From assembly GCA_005191425.1 (NCBI GenBank), contig SUPR01000004.1, forward strand, positions 34,729 to 66,728: DNA of 32,000 nucleotides, read 5' to 3'. Under the pieces are notes generated by a model. That model was not told where the DNA came from. It worked only from the letters and a program-made list of their open reading frames with translations, and made no database searches. Below are positions 26,981 through 32,000 of this stretch, piece by piece. A program made the position numbers and the translations under genes. Source of the stretch: Candidatus Helarchaeota ASGARD archaeon Hel_GB_B (GTDB taxonomy: Archaea > Asgardarchaeota > Lokiarchaeia > Helarchaeales > HEL-GB-B). Positions within the stretch are counted from its first letter, which is position 1. Every line of letters begins with the position of its first letter.

Positions 26981-27976
26981 ACTTGATTCCGTTATTTGAT
27001 TTTTTTCTTAATTCTTAATTATAAATTATTTAATTAAATAATTCAATCCATAATTAATAGGATTATAATTTTTCAATCATTCTTGTAATAATTTTTTAAT
27101 ACATGTTTTTTAAATTTTCAACTTATTATCTTTTCTCGTAATATCTTTTGAATTTTATTATAGAATTGTCATATCTAAAGAGTTGAGATTCTATTTTAAA
27201 CTATGATAATCTTTAGGCTATTAATACTATATGTTTCCTTTGTGATCTGATTTTAAATTATATAATATTTTTAATAAAAATATATAAATGTTCAGATCAT
27301 ATAATCTTATCAAAAGCAACCCATAAGCAGAATTAATATCCTTCTATAAATAATAATTAATGAATTGTTAAAAAAGTTGATTAATTTAAAATAGTTTTGT
27401 ATTTAAAAAGATAGATAAACCATCTCTATCCTTTTTATTTTAATGAAAGAATCTCATATCTTTATAATATTTGGCTAATATTAGTTAAAAACTGATCATT
27501 AATTTTTAATCTATTAATAGATTAACAATTCTTATTAATAGATTTCGATACCTTTTAGACCATATATTTACTACTATTTACCATTGATAAATTTTCCCAA
27601 TTGAAAAAATCATTTTAAATTTTTATAATGCTTTAAAATCTTATTGAATTATTTCTTATAACGATTTAAAAATTAACAAAATATTTATCACGTAAATATT
27701 TTCCGCTGACTTAATATAAAAAAAAGTGTAAGAAAATCTTTACTTTACAAACCCAGTCCCCAAAAGTACAGTATTTATAATAAACTATAGATATAATTTA
27801 GATAAATCTATGAATAAATTAATATATTTAAAGGATGAAAAATTAGTGGCAATAATTATGTGATTAATTCGACAATAATTAATATGCTATATTTGCCTCT
27901 TAATATTATTAACCACTTGATAACAATAATAAATTCTTTAATATAAATGTGATTAAGTTTTATATGGTTTGAGAAA

Positions 27977-28300
27977 ATGGAAAACAAAAAAGTGTTTACC
28001 GAAGAGGAAATGAAGCGACTTAAAAAAGTGTTTACCGAAGAGGAAATGAAGCGACTTAAAAATGTGTTTACCGAAGAGGAAATGAAGCGACTTAAAAATG
28101 TGTTTACCGAAGAGGAAATAAAGCAAATTTTAGATGAATTAACTGACAGGGAAATAAGGAGTATCATTGATGGATTTATAAGAGTCTCTTCCAAATCATG
28201 GTGGGTGTCTTTAGAGGAAGATATTGCAAATGCAGAAGTGGAATATTATAATCAGACCGAATTAGATGAAGATACTTGGAATTTTATTATAAATGAATAA
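27977..28300 (+). CDS. Hypothetical acidic protein with 12-aa tandem repeats
   Basis: K(K/N)VFTEEEMKRL x3 plus degenerate copies; stop codon 2 nt before the next ATG. Confidence 0.6.
   Translation: MENKKVFTEEEMKRLKKVFTEEEMKRLKNVFTEEEMKRLKNVFTEEEIKQILDELTDREIRSIIDGFIRVSSKSWWVSLEEDIANAEVEYYNQTELDEDTWNFIINE
27986..28124 (+). repeat. 36-bp in-frame tandem repeat, 3 full copies plus 1 partial
   Basis: AAAAA(A/T)GTGTTTACCGAAGAGGAAATGAAGCGACTT at 27986, 28022 and 28058, partial at 28094; no spacers. Confidence 0.95.
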
Positions 28301-28302
28301 AA

Positions 28303-29913
28303 ATGGTTGATTATAACAAAAAATGCAATGTTAATAAAAATATTGTTTTTTACAATAATTTTAATACTAAAAAAATTAAAGAATCAATTTTAAATGCTTT
28401 AATAGAAATAGTTAATGAATTATATGAGTCAAATAATATTTCAACTTATGAAAAATATTTAGTTCCACTAAAAAATTTAAGAGACGATACGCATTTAATA
28501 TATTTGGCGGAATATCTTAAGAAAATCAACTGTAAAACAATAATCAAAGAGAGCAATTATATAGATAAAGTATATTTAAATGATTTCTCGCAATTTTATG
28601 TAAGATGTTTTCCCCATTATAAAAAAACTTGCTCAAGATTGCATTTTTTTAATTTAGAAATTACTGAAGATGATTTTTACGATAATTATCTCTTAGGAAA
28701 AAACCTTCAAGAACATTATTTGGGATTTTCTATTATTAAACCACTTCCATTTTTTCTGGGTCGGACATGTGTCAAACCATATTTTGATCCTAATAATAAT
28801 TCGACTTTTTTTATACAACAAAAATACGAAGTAAATTTATGTGGTAAACCATTACATATAAATTCATTAATATTTCATGATAAAGATAAAGCAACAGCAG
28901 CATGCTCAACGGTTGCTCTCTGGATTTGTTTTCAAATGACCTCTCATTTATTTAAAAATCATTTACCATTACTTTCTCCATTGGAAATTACTAAACTTGC
29001 ATCTAAATCTACAACATCACCAAATAGATTAATTCCGAACAAAAGTTTAACCACGCTTCAAGTAGTTTCAATAATAAAAGAACTTAATTTGGAGTTAGAG
29101 CAACGAAAAGCTAGAAATAAGGACATTTTTTCCTTTATTTATGCATATATTCATTATAAAATTCCAATAATTCTTCTTATTGAAAGGTATAAAAATAATA
29201 GAAGGATTGGTCATGCTGTTATTGTTTCTGGAATTATTTTTAATAATTATCAAGAAAACAAATTTTTAAAAGGAAAAATTAAACTAAAAGCCCATTTCAT
29301 TAATGAATTATTAATACATGATGATAAAATTGGCCCATATATAAAAGTAACTCTTGAAATGAAAGAAAATTCATATAATCATTATTATACAATTCATATA
29401 GGTAATAATGAATATAAAATAAACAATATAATTGTTCCTGTTTATCATAAAATTAGAGTAGCACTTGAAGATATTTTATATAATAAATTTTTTATTGAGA
29501 TTAATAATTTATTTAATGAAATTTTTTCCCAAAACTCTAAAAATAATAAGAATATAGTGTCAACAATTATGTGGGATATTTTTTTGACTGATATCAATGA
29601 ATTTAAAAAAGATATTGCAAATCTCAATATCGATACTCAACTAAAAAAATCAATACTCATTTCGCCCTATCCAAAATATTTATGGCGTGCAATTATGTAT
29701 AACTACAAAAAAGATAAAATAATTCCAATATTTGAATTTCAAGTTGATGCAACTGACCTACCAAAATCCATATTTATCTATAAATCATTTTTTTATGGAA
29801 AATATAATATATTTTTTAAGCTTGGATATACAGTTGAAGGTTTAAAAAATAAAAAATATACTGATTTAGTGGAAAAAATAAAAGATCGCCTAATAAAACC
29901 CATAAAAAATTAG
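28303..29913 (+). CDS. Hypothetical protein with papain/C39-like cysteine peptidase signature
   Basis: AAC201STVALW, IGH304AVIVSG, LIHD340DKIGPY; N-terminal YIDKVYLNDF..FYVRCF...RLHFF block. Confidence 0.6.
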   Translation: MVDYNKKCNVNKNIVFYNNFNTKKIKESILNALIEIVNELYESNNISTYEKYLVPLKNLRDDTHLIYLAEYLKKINCKTIIKESNYIDKVYLNDFSQFYVRCFPHYKKTCSRLHFFNLEITEDDFYDNYLLGKNLQEHYLGFSIIKPLPFFLGRTCVKPYFDPNNNSTFFIQQKYEVNLCGKPLHINSLIFHDKDKATAACSTVALWICFQMTSHLFKNHLPLLSPLEITKLASKSTTSPNRLIPNKSLTTLQVVSIIKELNLELEQRKARNKDIFSFIYAYIHYKIPIILLIERYKNNRRIGHAVIVSGIIFNNYQENKFLKGKIKLKAHFINELLIHDDKIGPYIKVTLEMKENSYNHYYTIHIGNNEYKINNIIVPVYHKIRVALEDILYNKFFIEINNLFNEIFSQNSKNNKNIVSTIMWDIFLTDINEFKKDIANLNIDTQLKKSILISPYPKYLWRAIMYNYKKDKIIPIFEFQVDATDLPKSIFIYKSFFYGKYNIFFKLGYTVEGLKNKKYTDLVEKIKDRLIKPIKN

Positions 29914-30115
29914 ATAAAAAATGATTACGAATTAATTTTTTTAAAATATCGATTTAAATTAAATTATTATTATCAATTCTGTAATTTCTTTAATCAAAAT
30001 GAAAAGTTTAGATTTATTAAAATCCATTAAAGGTAAAACTTTTTTAAAAAGGAACGCTTTTCTAAAATGTTAATAAGAATTTATTTTTTTTTACAATTAA
30101 AGGAATAGTTTTAAA

Positions 30116-31405
30116 ATGAATATGAGCTATGACTACAAAGGAGATAAACAAATTTTAGATGAAAATACTCTTGATAAAGAATTAAAACGTTATGCAAGGC
30201 AGATTATGCTCGAGGAGTGGGATCAAGATAAAGTTTCAAACGCTACCATTTTTATTGCAGGTGTTGGTGCTTTAGGTACAATTGCAGCTATGAATTTAGC
30301 TTTAATGGGAGTAAAAAATTTGATACTTTGTGATTATGATACTGTCGAACTCTCAAATTTATCGCGACAGGTTTTATTTTTCGATGAAGATATTGGAGCG
30401 TTTAAAGTTGACGCTGCAAAAAAGAATTTATATCGATGGAATCCAGATTTAGACATCAGGATTTTTAATTCCCGACTTCAGGAAATCGATAAGAAAGTGT
30501 TTGAGGGTTCTGATATTATAATTGATGGACTTGATACATTTTCTGCGAGAAGATGGTTAAATTCTATGGCTGTAAGCTTAAACAAGCCACTAATTCACGG
30601 GGGATTATTTGGGTGGTTTGGAAATGTCCAAATAATAATTCCTGGTGAAACTGCGTGTTTAGAATGTCATCCTCTTATACCTCAGAAAAGATTACAGAAA
30701 CCATGTACACCGCTTGGTAAGGTAAGGTCTGCAGAACGCAAGGAAATTGTTGAGTCAGATGATAAAAAGATCCCATCAATTTTAACGGTCGCGTCTATTA
30801 TTGCCAGTATTCAGGTCCAAGTAGCATTGAAAATAATTTTGAATATACCTCTTTCTCATGATAATTACATTTTTTATGATGGGCTTTCTAATTCCTTTAC
30901 TAAAATGTATCTTGCGAAAAATGAGAATTGTATTATATGTTCTAATAAATATAAAACTAAGGGAGTGGAATTATCTATTTCTAATGATGATACTGTGAGG
31001 ACCATTAAAGATCGAATAATAATGACGTGGGATATAAGTGAACCATTTAATTTTATGTTTAGAGGTAAAATTTTAGAGGATTCAACAAAGATTAAAGATT
31101 TACAAATGAAAAATAGAGATGTTTTTTACGTTTGGAATAAATATATACTGCAGCCTATGAAATTTTATGCCATTTTTTCGGACGAGATTGAGCCCATCAG
31201 AATCGAACTCCCCTTAAAACCCAAGATTCTCCAAATAGTAGTCGACCGTGGGTATATTACGCGGACTAAACAAAAAATATTAGAAAAAGCAAAAAATTTA
31301 GACCAAACTGTAAAATTTTACAAAACAAAAAAATTAGATGACGGAAAATATCTTATACGATATAAAATTTTTAAAAAGTCAAATAATTCTAAAATTATTA
31401 GGTGA
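30116..31405 (+). CDS. Ubiquitin-activating enzyme E1-like (ThiF adenylation domain, catalytic Cys, Zn motifs, C-terminal ubiquitin fold)
   Basis: RYARQ, GVGALG, DYDTVELSNLSRQ, DGLDTFSARRWLN, ACLEC, KPCT, NCIIC, then a Ubl-like DTVRTIK...FRGKILED segment. Confidence 0.93.
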   Translation: MNMSYDYKGDKQILDENTLDKELKRYARQIMLEEWDQDKVSNATIFIAGVGALGTIAAMNLALMGVKNLILCDYDTVELSNLSRQVLFFDEDIGAFKVDAAKKNLYRWNPDLDIRIFNSRLQEIDKKVFEGSDIIIDGLDTFSARRWLNSMAVSLNKPLIHGGLFGWFGNVQIIIPGETACLECHPLIPQKRLQKPCTPLGKVRSAERKEIVESDDKKIPSILTVASIIASIQVQVALKIILNIPLSHDNYIFYDGLSNSFTKMYLAKNENCIICSNKYKTKGVELSISNDDTVRTIKDRIIMTWDISEPFNFMFRGKILEDSTKIKDLQMKNRDVFYVWNKYILQPMKFYAIFSDEIEPIRIELPLKPKILQIVVDRGYITRTKQKILEKAKNLDQTVKFYKTKKLDDGKYLIRYKIFKKSNNSKIIR

Positions 31406-32000
31406 TTGAATTGGTGTTACATAAACAAAAAATTCCCTTTTTTGCATCAGAAAAAGGCGAACGCCTTAAAGTACCAATATCTACCGGTAAAAAGTTTGAA
31501 ATGCGGGTATTATTTAATGAGATTAATGAACCTGGAAAATGGATTTCTGAGGATAATTCTGAATTTTTATTATTATTAACTTCAAATGGTTTTTCAGTTA
31601 ATAAATTAGAAAAAGGGCCTATTACATATAATATTATTAAGAATTTTGACATTTTTGTTCTGGGTTCAAATCGTTTAGGAGAAATGAACATCACTGCTGG
31701 TGAATTCAGGGCAATAGCCCAATTTGTTTCTGATGGTCGGGGTGTTTTATTTGTCGGTAATGAATACATTGGTGGAGATGAAAATTATAATAATTATCTA
31801 TTCCAAGTTTTTGGCGTATGTTTTAAGTCTACTATTAAAGATTCCAAGGAAAAAATTCTATCTACATCCGCTCTAGAAAATGCACCTTTAATTAATATTT
31901 TTGTTGACCACCCAATAACGTCAGATGTAAATGAAATTTTTGCTCAAAGAAATGCATCGTTGAGTATTGACCTTAGAAAACAGGTTGAACCACTTGCATT
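31402..32000 (+). CDS. Partial gene (runs off window), GIFT/DUF4350-like domain; not in the ORF track
   Basis: GTG overlaps the E1 TGA (GTGA); frame open to the window end: MRVLFNEINE (ATG 31501)...FDIFVLGS...EFRAIAQFVSDGRGVLFVGN...HPITSDVNEI. Confidence 0.7.
   Translation, partial: MIELVLHKQKIPFFASEKGERLKVPISTGKKFEMRVLFNEINEPGKWISEDNSEFLLLLTSNGFSVNKLEKGPITYNIIKNFDIFVLGSNRLGEMNITAGEFRAIAQFVSDGRGVLFVGNEYIGGDENYNNYLFQVFGVCFKSTIKDSKEKILSTSALENAPLINIFVDHPITSDVNEIFAQRNASLSIDLRKQVEPLA

Noticed and set aside
27986-28124. 36-bp repeats as a CRISPR array
   Set aside because: The copies are directly adjacent with no spacers, stay in frame in an ORF, and no cas genes are present.
582-29627. Antisense or nested ORFs in the track (582, 1591, 2191, 2360, 3792, 4637, 8936, 15063, 16388, 20008, 20280, 20344, 21449, 25494, 27856, 29445)
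   Set aside because: They are shadows of well-supported genes, mostly on the opposite strand, with Ser/Phe/Ile-biased composition and no motifs.
31398-31769. 123-aa minus-strand ORF
   Set aside because: It is antisense to the motif-bearing plus-strand frame starting at 31402 that runs off the window.

Overview
Very AT-rich archaeal window, almost certainly from an Asgard archaeon, inferred from the co-located ESCRT-I/II/III, Vps4 and eukaryote-type ubiquitin genes; the exact lineage cannot be fixed from this window. The left half (1-14.5 kb) is housekeeping: the rpl11-rpl1-rplP0-rpl12 stalk operon, tRNA/protein methyltransferases, Elf1, the PolD large subunit with a 181-aa Gln-ending mini-intein, a CBS protein, MazG and Sec61beta. 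The right half (14.5-32 kb) is a nearly complete ubiquitin-ESCRT locus: two ESCRT-III classes, Vps4, Vps25, Vps22, Vps28, UEV-Vps23, a small RING E3, ubiquitin (GG plus a 4-aa extension), E2 and E1. Such clusters are already known in Asgard archaea. The less familiar parts are the extra genes embedded in the locus. These are a 923-aa HerA/FtsK-superfamily ATPase between the two ESCRT-III genes, a papain-like Cys-His-Asp protein plus a tandem-repeat mini-protein between E2 and E1 (no JAMM deubiquitinase in the window), a coiled-coil protein upstream of Vps23, and a GIFT/DUF4350-like gene overlapping the E1 stop codon. A near-identical amphipathic helix also occurs in the N-terminal extensions of Vps25 and Vps28. 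All family calls come from motif recognition by eye, without database searches.
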